Source: a virus
Taxonomy: Duplodnaviria > Caudoviricetes
Length of the DNA: 36,598 nucleotides
Reading direction: 5' to 3' (one strand)
IMG/VR virus record: IMGVR_UViG_3300020045_022195
Coordinates: 1-36,598 of that record
Positions 9,877 through 20,041 of the stretch are shown piece by piece. Positions within the stretch are counted from its first letter, which is position 1; each line of letters starts with the position of its first letter. The notes below the pieces were generated by a model, which searched no databases, had not been told where the DNA came from, and saw nothing but the letters and a program-made list of their open reading frames with translations. Position numbers and translations under genes: made by a program.

Positions 9877-10800
9877 TTAAAAGCCCTTATTATTAAATCG
9901 ATTCATCATGATGTTAGCTGCCATTCTTTTAATTTTAGGCTGCTCTTGTTTTTCACCGCTCTTCAATATTTGCTGAGCCAAGCTTTCGGCCATAACCCTA
10001 TTCCGTTGTTGATCATCTAGCCCTGTATCGGAAGAGCCTCTGAGCGTATTAATATTTGAACGATAATTATTGCCTTGTTTTATTGCATTTAATACGCCTG
10101 ATGCAGTTGACGGCGTTGTTGCGCCAAAAGTTGCAAAGGCTGGTGTTAATGCGTTCATGGCCGCACTGGTTCCGGCTGCGCCTAAAGTTCCCGTTCCTGC
10201 TGCACTGGCTAAGCCGCCGCCTGTTACAGAGCCTGCTGTAGTGCCTCCAGCTGCTCCACCGCCAATACCAGATAAGGCTGAAAATGTTGAAGGTGTTATG
10301 GCATTAACTGCTGCTGTAGTCGATCCAGCAAGGCCACCGCCACCGCCAACTGTTGAAGCTGCTGGAGCCGCTGTAGTCGACGCTGTTCCGCCTCCGCCTC
10401 CTGCCGCCGCTGAAGTTCCAGCGCCAGCCGTCGCATAAGTTATGGCTGCAATGGCTGCAATGTCAGCGCCGTGATTATTCCACCAATCCTGATACCGCTT
10501 ATGCTGTTCAGGGGCAATCTTACTTAATGTTTGCCGAATAGGATCAGCTTGTCCACCTGTTTCGCTTTCAAACTTTAAAATAGGCGCCAGGGCACGGTTT
10601 ACACCGGTTATAACCCTATCTTCGCCCTCATGAATAAACTTTGAAGCTTCCCCGATAACGGGAACATTCTGGGTCAAATCTAAGGCCCTGATAACACCAA
10701 CAATGGCCGACTTATTTTTATCTTTCAAGCCTTCCCTGTAGTCAGGCATTGACTGCCATTGACCCCAGTTTATCTGATTATTTCCGTAGTTTTGAGCCAT
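9877..10800 (-). CDS. Gly/Ala/Thr-rich putative ejection or membrane-penetrating protein
   Basis: Hydrophobic AAIAAITYATAG followed by a long low-complexity G/A/T tract. Confidence 0.55.
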   Translation of the reverse strand: MAQNYGNNQINWGQWQSMPDYREGLKDKNKSAIVGVIRALDLTQNVPVIGEASKFIHEGEDRVITGVNRALAPILKFESETGGQADPIRQTLSKIAPEQHKRYQDWWNNHGADIAAIAAITYATAGAGTSAAAGGGGGTASTTAAPAASTVGGGGGLAGSTTAAVNAITPSTFSALSGIGGGAAGGTTAGSVTGGGLASAAGTGTLGAAGTSAAMNALTPAFATFGATTPSTASGVLNAIKQGNNYRSNINTLRGSSDTGLDDQQRNRVMAESLAQQILKSGEKQEQPKIKRMAANIMMNRFNNKGF

Positions 10801-10802
10801 AC

Positions 10803-11642
10803 TTATTTATACATAGCTGCACTGCCAAGAGAGCTAATCAATCCAGCGCCAGCAGCTACATTATTGTTATACATGGCTTGTTGCTGATTATATTGATTTT
10901 GCTGCGCTTGCCCTTGTGCTTGTGTAGCTCCAAACGTTGGTGCTGCCTGAACGTTAGCGCCCGCCTGATAACCAAGATTTCCAGCAAACGGACTCGATAC
11001 CTGCGAACCAGACAATAATGCATTAATTTCATTAAGCGGTACTTGACGCTGTTGCAACAGCTCAAAAATAGCTTGGTTGCGCGTTTGCGTATCCATTCCA
11101 AAGTCACGGCTTGCCTCTTCGCCACCGGACTTAATGGCTTGTTGACGAGCATCATTGTATTGTCTATCTATTAACCCCATTGCGCTATCGTAAGCCGCTG
11201 TTCCTGGCCTTATACCGGCTGCAATCAATTCGGAATTTCTAGCACTTCGCTGCCCTGCCGTATCAGTATCAACACGGCTCATCATTGCTTTAATTACATC
11301 GTCACGACGCTGCCCTGAGCTTTGCGGAGCATTTGGAAGGCTTTTAAAACTTAATGGACTTGATAAGCTTGTTTGTACATTTCTTGCACCAGCAACCCCA
11401 GCATTTGCTAACGAGCCTTTTGCCGCGTTTGTTTTATCAAAAAGAGCCTGCTGCGCAGGACTTAGCTTTTGAACAATGGTAGGCTGTTGTCCATTCCATG
11501 ATACGGACTGCGTTCCATACGGATTAACAACATTGGGATTATTGATCTTACCTGAAGCTATGGCCGCCTCAAGGTTTGATTCACCTTGCGCCTTAGCCGC
11601 GCCTACATAATCCGGTGGTGCCGGTGCATCATTATTACTCAT
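10803..11642 (-). CDS. DNA ejection (pilot) protein
   Basis: APAPPDYVGAAKAQG...NPYG N-terminus and Q/G/A-rich C-terminus; follows the GNAT-like gene. Confidence 0.65.
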   Translation of the reverse strand: MSNNDAPAPPDYVGAAKAQGESNLEAAIASGKINNPNVVNPYGTQSVSWNGQQPTIVQKLSPAQQALFDKTNAAKGSLANAGVAGARNVQTSLSSPLSFKSLPNAPQSSGQRRDDVIKAMMSRVDTDTAGQRSARNSELIAAGIRPGTAAYDSAMGLIDRQYNDARQQAIKSGGEEASRDFGMDTQTRNQAIFELLQQRQVPLNEINALLSGSQVSSPFAGNLGYQAGANVQAAPTFGATQAQGQAQQNQYNQQQAMYNNNVAAGAGLISSLGSAAMYK

Positions 11643-12058
11643 ATTCTTGAACCCATTTTAAGCCACTTGCATTTATCTTTAGGTAAAACCTGTATAATTA
11701 AATCACCGCCAGGATCGGCAGATTTTATACGGCTGTGCTCTTCATAACCATAATGACGGGCTATTTTAATAGCTTTTTCGTTACTTGATGGCGTTATGCC
11801 TATTAACATATCAACGCCACACTGTACAAAAGCATAATAAGCCATAAACCACCAAAAACTGCGCGACGGCGCTTCTTCTATACAAATATGATGATGCATA
11901 GACTTTTTATTAAACCAACCAAAACCACTACAAGCAACAAGCTTACCGTCTTTTTCTAACCCAATAAAAACATCAACTGCACTTGGGTACAGAGACCTAT
12001 CCCTTACCCATTTATCGCACCTATCAAAATCATTATCTATTATTTTATAAGTGCTCAT
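11639..12058 (-). CDS. GNAT-fold acetyltransferase-like tail assembly protein
   Basis: C-terminal N-x-x-A-x(6)-G-Y motif (SNEKAIKIARHYGYEE); lies between nozzle and ejection genes. Confidence 0.65.
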   Translation of the reverse strand: MSTYKIIDNDFDRCDKWVRDRSLYPSAVDVFIGLEKDGKLVACSGFGWFNKKSMHHHICIEEAPSRSFWWFMAYYAFVQCGVDMLIGITPSSNEKAIKIARHYGYEEHSRIKSADPGGDLIIQVLPKDKCKWLKMGSRI

Positions 12059-13623
12059 AAAATACCGCCAGTTTCATAGACATAATCATAAGAAAACCAT
12101 TTAACATTAAGAGTATTGGTATCAACTCTTAACTTTCCTGATATATATAATCCAGGAAATGAATTAATACTAAGCCAATCCCTAATAATACTTCCACCTG
12201 ACGCGCCCCATGTTGAGTATCCCCATATAGCCGTACCCCATATAGAGCCATCAGGTAATGATGAATAAGTAATGCCTATAATAGCATCGTCATCAAAATC
12301 AACATCTACATCGGCAAGATAAGTTAATGCTCCATTGGCCGACAACATAGGGCGAAGCAAGTTAACTTTTTTTAGGCTTCCTTTATTCTTAAAATGACTA
12401 AAAGCTGTCTTTGCTACTGCGCTAATATTAGCTCCTTGATCTCCTCGGCCTGTCCATGCCTTTATGACGCTTGTTCCCTGGCAATAATATAATTCATCGT
12501 TAAATACCTCAAAATCATCGCCATCCCAGCCAATAAATCGGCACCATGCTTTTGTAATGGTATTCATTACATATTGATAATGTACGCCTTCCTCTGAAAC
12601 TGGAACATTAACTAAAGCGGCGGACTTATTGGGTAAAACAACGGCTTTCCAGCCATAATTTGATCCATAATTTTCTGCTGACTCATTAAAGGCATTTTCA
12701 ATCTTTCTGCTCAATGCATCGCTAAAGTTTGCGCCTGTCGCTTGTACAACTGTATTGATCTGAAAAGCGCCATTTTGAGTTAAAACAATCAAATCAGCTC
12801 CTTGTTTTAAAATACACTTTCTACCAAGAGGCTTACCAGTAACATAAACGCCCACTAACGACCAGGTATTGGCACTAGATGGGTCTGTTCCCTGATAAAC
12901 GATAAGCTCGCCTTCAGATGTGATAAATACAATTCTGTCATCAGGCCCGGCCCCGCTATCGAGAGTCCAAGAGCCTGCCGCCATAACATAGCCGCCTTTT
13001 TGTGCCACGCCAGATAAATCAAACTTGGTTAGCGCTCCACCGGCCACGCCAGAAGGCAAATACCAGAACGCCATTGAATTGTTCTGAATAAATATCAATC
13101 GACCCTTAAATATGCAAAGATTAACTAAACTTGTGGTTGTTAATCCTGTCAATGCTGGGCTTGTGACCCCATCGACTGCAATATAATTAGTGCCATCAAA
13201 ATAAAGCGGTTTATCTACTCCATTAACGGCTATTAGCCATTGATTCGTTCCATCTCCAAACATAGTCCATTGATGCTTGCCGTTAGTCCTTGCTAATCCT
13301 GAAGCGCCAACGGCTCCGGCGCTTGAAACGTTATAGGTTCCTGATTCTGTAGTACAGATAAGCTTGTTAGTTCCATTTAGTCCATTGTGAACCATTAACG
13401 TTTTTCCGCTCCCTGTCATGCCGGTTGCATGTACTGCGCTGCCGCCTCTTATTTCACAATAAGAAGGCTTTGGAAACCAATTGTCAAGAATGATAGCGTC
13501 GGTTTCTGGCATATCCGCCAAAGGGTCTACCGCATTCCAACCACCAACCGGAGCGGGTACGGTTTTCATTGAGCTTATTTGGTTTCTACGATTCCCTGTT
13601 TTTGTTTGCGCCGCTTGTCTCAC
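12055..13623 (-). CDS. Tail nozzle / packaged-DNA stabilisation protein (P22 gp10-like position)
   Basis: 522-aa beta-rich protein (PAPVGGWNA...LDNWFP) directly after the adaptor. Confidence 0.7.
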   Translation of the reverse strand: MRQAAQTKTGNRRNQISSMKTVPAPVGGWNAVDPLADMPETDAIILDNWFPKPSYCEIRGGSAVHATGMTGSGKTLMVHNGLNGTNKLICTTESGTYNVSSAGAVGASGLARTNGKHQWTMFGDGTNQWLIAVNGVDKPLYFDGTNYIAVDGVTSPALTGLTTTSLVNLCIFKGRLIFIQNNSMAFWYLPSGVAGGALTKFDLSGVAQKGGYVMAAGSWTLDSGAGPDDRIVFITSEGELIVYQGTDPSSANTWSLVGVYVTGKPLGRKCILKQGADLIVLTQNGAFQINTVVQATGANFSDALSRKIENAFNESAENYGSNYGWKAVVLPNKSAALVNVPVSEEGVHYQYVMNTITKAWCRFIGWDGDDFEVFNDELYYCQGTSVIKAWTGRGDQGANISAVAKTAFSHFKNKGSLKKVNLLRPMLSANGALTYLADVDVDFDDDAIIGITYSSLPDGSIWGTAIWGYSTWGASGGSIIRDWLSINSFPGLYISGKLRVDTNTLNVKWFSYDYVYETGGIL

Positions 13624-14327
13624 AGATTCCAGTTTCCTTCTGGAACATAAATCCCAGGCTTAATATTCATCATACTATCATCGGAATAGGTGGTAGGCTT
13701 TCCGCCATCCCTCGCCATTGCATCATTAATCTGCGCCTCATACATATTAAACACTTCAGAATAATTAAATCCTTTTTCAGCAAGCCAACGCCATCTAAGC
13801 CCAAGCAATAAGATATTATCCGGCAAAAGAAAGGTATCGTTATCATTGGTAAAAGAAGATTTCTTTGTGATTCCATCAGGATCAAGAATCCAGTTGCTTG
13901 ACTGAAATTCAAATGCCCAAGTATGGCCAGCGGCAGGAATTGGATTAGATAATAACTCGTCGCCACGTATACGATATTGATACCTAGGGCCTGTATTGGT
14001 ACGAGCCTTTAGCGATTGCCATTCTTTATCTGATAACGGCCCAATAATAGGAAGCTGATCTGTTCTATCCCATATTGTCGAGTTCTTTATGAATTTAAAC
14101 CCAGGGGCCAATATTGATAACGATCCCTGGCTTTCTGTCGCTGTCGTTGTAAAAGTTACTTCTTGAGTAAGACATTGCCAAGTATGTCTCTGAGCAAGGT
14201 CTATTCCTTCTTCTTCAAGCAAGCCCATAAGTTGAAGAACACGATTATCTGTAGAGCCTGTAACCGTATTAATATTACCAAGGCCAGAACGAATTGATTG
14301 CTTTTTAATCAGTTCCAATAATGTCAT
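13620..14327 (-). CDS. Head-tail adaptor (tail tubular protein A-like)
   Basis: MTLLELI... N-terminus, LGLRWRWL motif and position in the podovirus neck module. Confidence 0.7.
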   Translation of the reverse strand: MTLLELIKKQSIRSGLGNINTVTGSTDNRVLQLMGLLEEEGIDLAQRHTWQCLTQEVTFTTTATESQGSLSILAPGFKFIKNSTIWDRTDQLPIIGPLSDKEWQSLKARTNTGPRYQYRIRGDELLSNPIPAAGHTWAFEFQSSNWILDPDGITKKSSFTNDNDTFLLPDNILLLGLRWRWLAEKGFNYSEVFNMYEAQINDAMARDGGKPTTYSDDSMMNIKPGIYVPEGNWNL

Positions 14328-14961
14328 ATAAGCTTATATCGTCGTGAGTTTCTACAGAATGCATCTGAACTACTTTGATCGTTTCTTGAAGCTTGTTTAG
14401 TCTTTCCTCAAGTGATGAAATAGTGCCTTTTAGTCTTTCGTTCTCGCCCTTAAGTTCTGCTATTTCAATGCTTACAGCGCCAGACTTCTTAAGAGATTTT
14501 AACCAAGCATTAGCCTTGTCCTTCATACCAACAGCACCAATTCCAATCCTTCTTAACCCTTCGTCGTTTATGGCTGCTAATTGCTCTACTGTCAATACGT
14601 TCATTCGTATAAGCGTTTCTTGTTGAGCGGGACTAATAATACCCCATCCTTTTATTGGTGTTCCGTCAACAGGCAATTCTTGGCCTTTTAGCCAATACTG
14701 GTAAGACTTTTTGTAATCATTTACCCATTCTTGAGAAATACGCCTGTTTTTTAAATCCTGTTCAAGTTGAACAAACCATGACTCAACCTTGTACTTCATA
14801 ATATCTTTGCTGTATGGCGGAGTTACGTATGCCATGTCAATATCTTTCGCAACATAATGACCTGCCATTAATGAAGCCCGTTTATCTTCAAATGCTACAC
14901 GCTCAAACCGTACAAACGGTTTAATTTCTTGTTTATCTAATAGCTCAAATACACTGGACAT
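14305..14961 (-). CDS. Conserved phage protein with HhH-like motif and C-terminal coiled coil
   Basis: GTPIKGW...TVEQLAAINDEGLRRIGIG followed by a heptad repeat. Confidence 0.6.
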   Translation of the reverse strand: MSSVFELLDKQEIKPFVRFERVAFEDKRASLMAGHYVAKDIDMAYVTPPYSKDIMKYKVESWFVQLEQDLKNRRISQEWVNDYKKSYQYWLKGQELPVDGTPIKGWGIISPAQQETLIRMNVLTVEQLAAINDEGLRRIGIGAVGMKDKANAWLKSLKKSGAVSIEIAELKGENERLKGTISSLEERLNKLQETIKVVQMHSVETHDDISLYDIIGTD

Positions 14962-14984
14962 AATTATTTTTTATTTGTATCAGC

Positions 14985-15009
14985 AAAAAGACCGCCCCGA
15001 AGGGCGGTT
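14985..15009 (-). terminator. Rho-independent terminator after the capsid genes
   Basis: Minus strand ACCGCCC-TTCG-GGGCGGT-CTTTTT: 7-bp GC stem, UUCG tetraloop, U tract. Confidence 0.85.
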
Positions 15010-15022
15010 AAGGTGCTGAGCG

Positions 15023-15736
15023 TTAAGTTACAATTTGATGACAAGTAGGGTTATTGATCATACCTGATCCATAACCTGTATACGTGCCTGTTACGGTTAC
15101 TGTGCCATCCGCTGTTGCGAGTTTATCACCAACTGTTCCGACGGCAGAACCCATAAATATGGTTTTACCATCAGATGCAAGCTTAGCCACAACTGTTGAA
15201 GCAGGAATACCGGTGCCTGATAATGCCATGCCTAAAAATAAACCGTCATAACCATCAGTTTTTATGACATAGGAGCCGTTTTTAGTGGTTCCAGTTACAG
15301 TTTTAGTGCCAGTTGCAGAAACTCGGTTACGAATGCCAAGCAATTGTTTTCCTGTGGCAGTCGCGCCAAGAATGCCGGCTGCGGCAACAGCAACAACACC
15401 ATCGGCTGCAACAGTCGCATTGGTTTTGTAGACTGCACGGCCTTCTAACTGAATCCAGCCATAAGTTCCGCTTGCCATAGGTGCCATTGCCACGCCAAAA
15501 GGGAAACCTTGAGTTACGGCTGACGGCAATAATACTCCGTTATACGATTCATCCCAGGCAACAAGAGAGCCTTTTAAAATCGCATCGGTCGATTTAACAT
15601 ACATGAATTTACCGGCTCCCCAGTAAGGGTCAACGGCATTAAGCGTTAAACCCAGCGTGTGACGCTGGATAGTATCAGGTGCAAACCAATCATTAAAAGG
15701 TTGTACGCCTGCGTATGGTGTTACTGGTGCAAACAT
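15023..15736 (-). CDS. Capsid decoration / cement protein
   Basis: Directly downstream of the MCP and before the terminator. Small-residue-rich beta protein (GKFMYVK...YGWIQLEG). Confidence 0.6.
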   Translation of the reverse strand: MFAPVTPYAGVQPFNDWFAPDTIQRHTLGLTLNAVDPYWGAGKFMYVKSTDAILKGSLVAWDESYNGVLLPSAVTQGFPFGVAMAPMASGTYGWIQLEGRAVYKTNATVAADGVVAVAAAGILGATATGKQLLGIRNRVSATGTKTVTGTTKNGSYVIKTDGYDGLFLGMALSGTGIPASTVVAKLASDGKTIFMGSAVGTVGDKLATADGTVTVTGTYTGYGSGMINNPTCHQIVT

Positions 15737-15780
15737 AAATAATGTCCTTTGTTAAGTTAAAAGAATACTGCAATCATTCT

Positions 15781-16743
15781 TTAAGGTATGATTACACCTT
15801 GCATCGCTCTATTAGAGCAAGTTAAATTGCCCATCCAGATTAATGGTTTAACTGTTCCGTGCTGGTTAACAGGCCGTTGATCTTCAAGTTCAGTTAAGTC
15901 AGCATCTTTGTGAACAACAAGCTTCAAATATTCGGTATTCAAGAAATACATGTGATTTGAAGGAATGCCGCTATTGCCGTCATACAATACATCAGCGTTT
16001 TTGTATTTCAGCGTAACAAAACCACCGTTAGCTGATTCGCTAGACATATAACGTTTCAAGCTTGTCTGACTTCCCTCAAAATAAGAATAGAAGGTATTAT
16101 CAGCAACAATCAAGTCAGGGCTATCATCTGGGCCACGATCCAAATCAAGCCACAAAGGAAGCATGGCTGAGTTTTCAATAGTGGTACTTGAAATAGTTAC
16201 AGAATTGACTGATAAATCGAATACTTTATTCTGCCAAAATGACCATACAGAAGCATCGATACCGCCGACTGTATTGGTTGGGGTATCAGCAACCAAAGCT
16301 TGCAATCCATTTATCTGATTGCTCAAAGTTCCTGCTGAATATAAGTCGGATGAAAAGTTGTTGTTAAACGTGCGAATTGCGTTCTTCATTTTGGCGGTTG
16401 CCAAATTTATGATTTTGCTGTCGCCAGAATTTATCAATAATTCGCGGCCAGACGCAACAACATTAATGGCAATTTGCCGCCATTGGTACTCTGGAGAGCT
16501 AATGATTTCTGATGCGGAAATATTTAACGTATCCCAATCAGAATAACGTTGATAAGTGCTGTTTTCAGCATAATCAAGCGGCAGAACAATGGTAGTTCCA
16601 CCATCCTCTTTAAGATAGTTTCCACGCTTCATAATGTACTTCAACAGTGCATTACGTTTGCTTAAATTGTCTTTTATTTCTTTTCGATGTTTACGAAACG
16701 TGGTTGATACCAACGCATCGAATGTGCTATTTGGTGATGCCAT
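15781..16743 (-). CDS. Major capsid protein
   Basis: 320 aa, after the scaffold. NGLQALV and C-terminal W-x-GNLTCSNRAMQG patterns. Confidence 0.85.
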   Translation of the reverse strand: MASPNSTFDALVSTTFRKHRKEIKDNLSKRNALLKYIMKRGNYLKEDGGTTIVLPLDYAENSTYQRYSDWDTLNISASEIISSPEYQWRQIAINVVASGRELLINSGDSKIINLATAKMKNAIRTFNNNFSSDLYSAGTLSNQINGLQALVADTPTNTVGGIDASVWSFWQNKVFDLSVNSVTISSTTIENSAMLPLWLDLDRGPDDSPDLIVADNTFYSYFEGSQTSLKRYMSSESANGGFVTLKYKNADVLYDGNSGIPSNHMYFLNTEYLKLVVHKDADLTELEDQRPVNQHGTVKPLIWMGNLTCSNRAMQGVIIP

Positions 16744-16905
16744 AAGGCCCCCTTTAATCTGAATAATAAAATGCCTTTCGGCGTTTAATCACTCAAACAT
16801 TTAGGCTTCCCTGTCAGGGGCCATGACGTTTAGAATTGATTGTTATTGATAGCTGTCGGCTGTCAGCTTATCTATCAACCATTGAATAATGATAGGCTAT
16901 ATCTA

Positions 16906-17109
16906 TTAATGATTTTTGTCAATATTAATTATATTCATCTCATCATCAATTAACTTATTCAATTTATGTAAGCTATTAATGGCTTTATTTGAATAAGCAA
17001 ATCGTTCGGCGTTTTTTATAAAAGTCCGATTTATCATTGAACTTAACGATCTTCTTTCCTTTACGATACCGAAAAACAGTAAGTATTTATAAAAATAATT
17101 TTTCATCAT
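16906..17109 (-). CDS. AT-rich orphan ORF between scaffold and capsid
   Basis: 67-aa ORF in a low-GC gap; no motif recognised. Confidence 0.35.
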   Translation of the reverse strand: MMKNYFYKYLLFFGIVKERRSLSSMINRTFIKNAERFAYSNKAINSLHKLNKLIDDEMNIINIDKNH

Positions 17110-17241
17110 GATTTTTATTATGTATTAACTCATAAACATTATGCCTATTCTTTATAAGTCTCATTGATTCATTACAAAGACGCTTTGATTCATCTTTTAA
17201 CTGTTTAAGCCTTAATAGTCTTAAATCTACTATTTCATATT

Positions 17242-18162
17242 TCATGAGTTATTTATCCTATTTAGCTCTTCCCGCATCGTATCTTCCCATGATCCAGTCG
17301 GGGTTTTTGTACGCGAAGAATTTGAAGTCTTTGCACTCTTAATATTAACAGATGATGCACGCTTTGCCGCTTCAATCTTTTTAGTCTGATCATTTGTAAC
17401 AACCGTAGTTTTTGCCATTTCCTTAGCCCTTGTTACAGGATTTGCCCATACTGCTTTATCATAAGCAGTCTGTAAATCATCACCTATTTTTAAAAACTTT
17501 GTAACATCATCGGCCAATTCGTCAAAATATTCATTCTTAGGATCAGATGCAAATTTTGCAACTGTTTCCGTAATTTTATCTAACTCGCGTTGCTTTTCCA
17601 TCTTTTCAATGCGCTCAAGACGAAGCTTTAAGTCTTGCTCAATAGGATTAACCGGAGGCGCTTGTTTGCCGTCTTGAGGAATAATCCCTGTAGCCATTCC
17701 AATCTGTAATAAAGCTTGCTGTCTTTGTTCAAGCGATCCTTGTGTCAGTGCGGCGTGATGAGATAATAAGTTATAAACTATCTGCTCATCAGGCAAGCCA
17801 AATTCATTTATGATGTTACGGAACGGCTCAAATGCTTGATTTAATGATTCAGCATATTGATGCCCTTGTTTGTATTGCTCGATGCCATCGAGCATCTGCT
17901 TTTCACGAAGCTCGACATAATCTTGTGCCTCTTTAGGCATTTTTGCCCAAGTTTCGTGCTGTTCCTTTGACCACGATGCCGGAGGCTGCTTTGCTTGTGT
18001 CTCTAACGGCTGCTCTTCATTTTCAAGATCGCCTTCTTCTTGCTCTTCGTTTTCTAATGGTTCATTATCGTCAATATTCTGTTCGGAATCTTCATTAAAT
18101 CCGAGTCCTTCAGCAACACTGTCAACACCAGCATCTAGGTCAAAATCTGCTTCTGCGCTCAT
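17242..18162 (-). CDS. Capsid scaffolding protein
   Basis: Acidic N-terminus, PPASW motif, helical body, AYDKAVWANP; upstream of the MCP. Confidence 0.75.
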   Translation of the reverse strand: MSAEADFDLDAGVDSVAEGLGFNEDSEQNIDDNEPLENEEQEEGDLENEEQPLETQAKQPPASWSKEQHETWAKMPKEAQDYVELREKQMLDGIEQYKQGHQYAESLNQAFEPFRNIINEFGLPDEQIVYNLLSHHAALTQGSLEQRQQALLQIGMATGIIPQDGKQAPPVNPIEQDLKLRLERIEKMEKQRELDKITETVAKFASDPKNEYFDELADDVTKFLKIGDDLQTAYDKAVWANPVTRAKEMAKTTVVTNDQTKKIEAAKRASSVNIKSAKTSNSSRTKTPTGSWEDTMREELNRINNS

Positions 18163-18166
18163 TTTT

Positions 18167-18595
18167 TTATACTCTCATTGTGCTTCTAACTATTTTAATA
18201 TCATCACCAGCCGCCAATTCAGCAGCTAGACGTTCTTTTTTAATAACCGGCATTTCTTCTATCGTTCGCTCAACTGTTTCATCTATCGATTTATCCAATA
18301 TAGCTTCACTTTCTTTTAAAGCACGGTCAACATCCTGTCTTATGCCAGGGTCATACTCGATACATCCTGAACGAGCCATATCCTCAACCCGGTGCTTTCT
18401 ATTGGTTATGGGCCGGCCATCAATTGGGGATTCATAATAACAATCTTGAGGGATTATCATCATTGGTGGTGACACAATAATCTGTGTTGCCTCTTGACCA
18501 CACTCACATTGAATTGTATTCCTGTGATCTCTCATTGTTGAAAATTTAGTTAGTATAGTATTGCAGTGGCTGCATTCGTATGTATATGTTGGCAT
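18167..18595 (-). CDS. FmdB-family zinc-ribbon protein
   Basis: MPTYTYECSHC...CECG zinc ribbon. Confidence 0.75.
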   Translation of the reverse strand: MPTYTYECSHCNTILTKFSTMRDHRNTIQCECGQEATQIIVSPPMMIIPQDCYYESPIDGRPITNRKHRVEDMARSGCIEYDPGIRQDVDRALKESEAILDKSIDETVERTIEEMPVIKKERLAAELAAGDDIKIVRSTMRV

Positions 18596-18724
18596 GGCTC
18601 AACCCATTAATAATATATTTGCCGCAAGTTCATCGTCTAAATATTGACTATAAACTGCAATTAATGTTTTTATTTCTTCTATTCTAGTCATTGCCTCCAT
18701 ATCAACATCAAATGTAATAGGCAA

Positions 18725-20041
18725 TTACTCTAATACATCTTCAAGCCCTTCTACATCATTAAGCCCGAATAGCTCATTGATAACATCATTAAAAAGTTTG
18801 TCAAAGACTCCATTTGCACTCGTAATCCTCTTTCTTTTCTTTACAGGATGTCCAGAACCACCATAATAAATAACAATAGGCTGTTCTGTAAATGGTCTCT
18901 CAAACGCACCGGTTACAACGGGCGGCGTGCCATCAACAATTAAATCTCCGCTTAAATCATGGATAACAACATCATGAGCAATATGCGTCAATGAACCTGT
19001 TACAACAGACGGGCCGCCAGCTATTAAATCGCCAGATAGCGCATGATTTATGCCGGGTGTGGCCCTAGCTAATGAACCTGTTACAACAGAAGCGCTTCCA
19101 ACTAACGCGCCGGTCAAGTCATGCGTTACATTTTCGGGTGCATGATCAAACGCACCCGTTATGACTGGAGCTGCACCAACTAATGCGCCAGATAAATTAT
19201 GGGTTACGATAGCCGCATGAGTAAAAGAACCGGTCATTACCGGAGCGGAACCAACTAAAGCGCCAGATAATTCATGACTTGGCAATATAAAGTAAGTGCG
19301 AACCGGCTTTAAAAGCTGATATGGATATTCAGTCAGCTCATTTAAAAAGTCCTGATCAACAAATCCGCGCCAAAGAGCGGTTAATGCAACACCGCCTTGA
19401 AGACCGGTGTTATTATTGATTGTTGCGCAGATGGCAACAGCATTTGTGGCATTAGCAAATGATGCTGTTGAAGGTGTGCCCGTGTTAACTGATTTTGTAG
19501 CACCATCAAGCGCAGCTAACCAAGTATTGTCTTCTCCAGTCTTTCTTGTAAAGGCTACGTTATAAAATGTGTTAGCTAATGGCGCGAAAACAATGTCGGC
19601 AACAGGTGAAGCGCCAGACAAGACCGCTGATGCTCTAATCCTATTGAGGCCACCAACACCAAAGTTTAAAAATATATTATTTGTTGAAGGGCCACTCTGA
19701 GCATAAGTAACGACGCGCTTAGCATCAGTATCAGAAAGGGTTGAATAAGCCCGCGCAAATACCGTGAAAGAATCACTGGCTTCAATTAAATTTGCAGTAA
19801 ATACCTTTTCAAAATTGCTTGTTGTATCGGCATTTGAACAGACTAGCTCTGTATTTTTGCCTATGATCGAAGCTGTTGCACCATTTGCCGGTATTAAAAC
19901 CTGATTGACTAAATCAATCGCACCAGCGCCGGTTGGTATGATTAACGAGCGAAGATTTTTGACTAAATCATTATTATAGTCAATCTGTAACCGACCGGGA
20001 GGCCGCTTATTTTTATACTTGCTCCAAGCAGGAATAAACAT
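18725..20041 (-). CDS. LamG-like domain protein with five His-led ~25-aa repeats (frame may extend to 18599)
   Basis: N-terminus paralogous to 1805-2854. Repeats of H-x-L-[ST]-G-[AD]-L...V-[MIV]-T-G-[SA]-[FL]. Confidence 0.65.
   Translation of the reverse strand: MFIPAWSKYKNKRPPGRLQIDYNNDLVKNLRSLIIPTGAGAIDLVNQVLIPANGATASIIGKNTELVCSNADTTSNFEKVFTANLIEASDSFTVFARAYSTLSDTDAKRVVTYAQSGPSTNNIFLNFGVGGLNRIRASAVLSGASPVADIVFAPLANTFYNVAFTRKTGEDNTWLAALDGATKSVNTGTPSTASFANATNAVAICATINNNTGLQGGVALTALWRGFVDQDFLNELTEYPYQLLKPVRTYFILPSHELSGALVGSAPVMTGSFTHAAIVTHNLSGALVGAAPVITGAFDHAPENVTHDLTGALVGSASVVTGSLARATPGINHALSGDLIAGGPSVVTGSLTHIAHDVVIHDLSGDLIVDGTPPVVTGAFERPFTEQPIVIYYGGSGHPVKKRKRITSANGVFDKLFNDVINELFGLNDVEGLEDVLE

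Noticed and set aside
18725-18727. Genome-wide stop-codon reassignment
   Set aside because: TAA, TAG and TGA all end well-packed genes elsewhere; only a single suspicious stop was seen.
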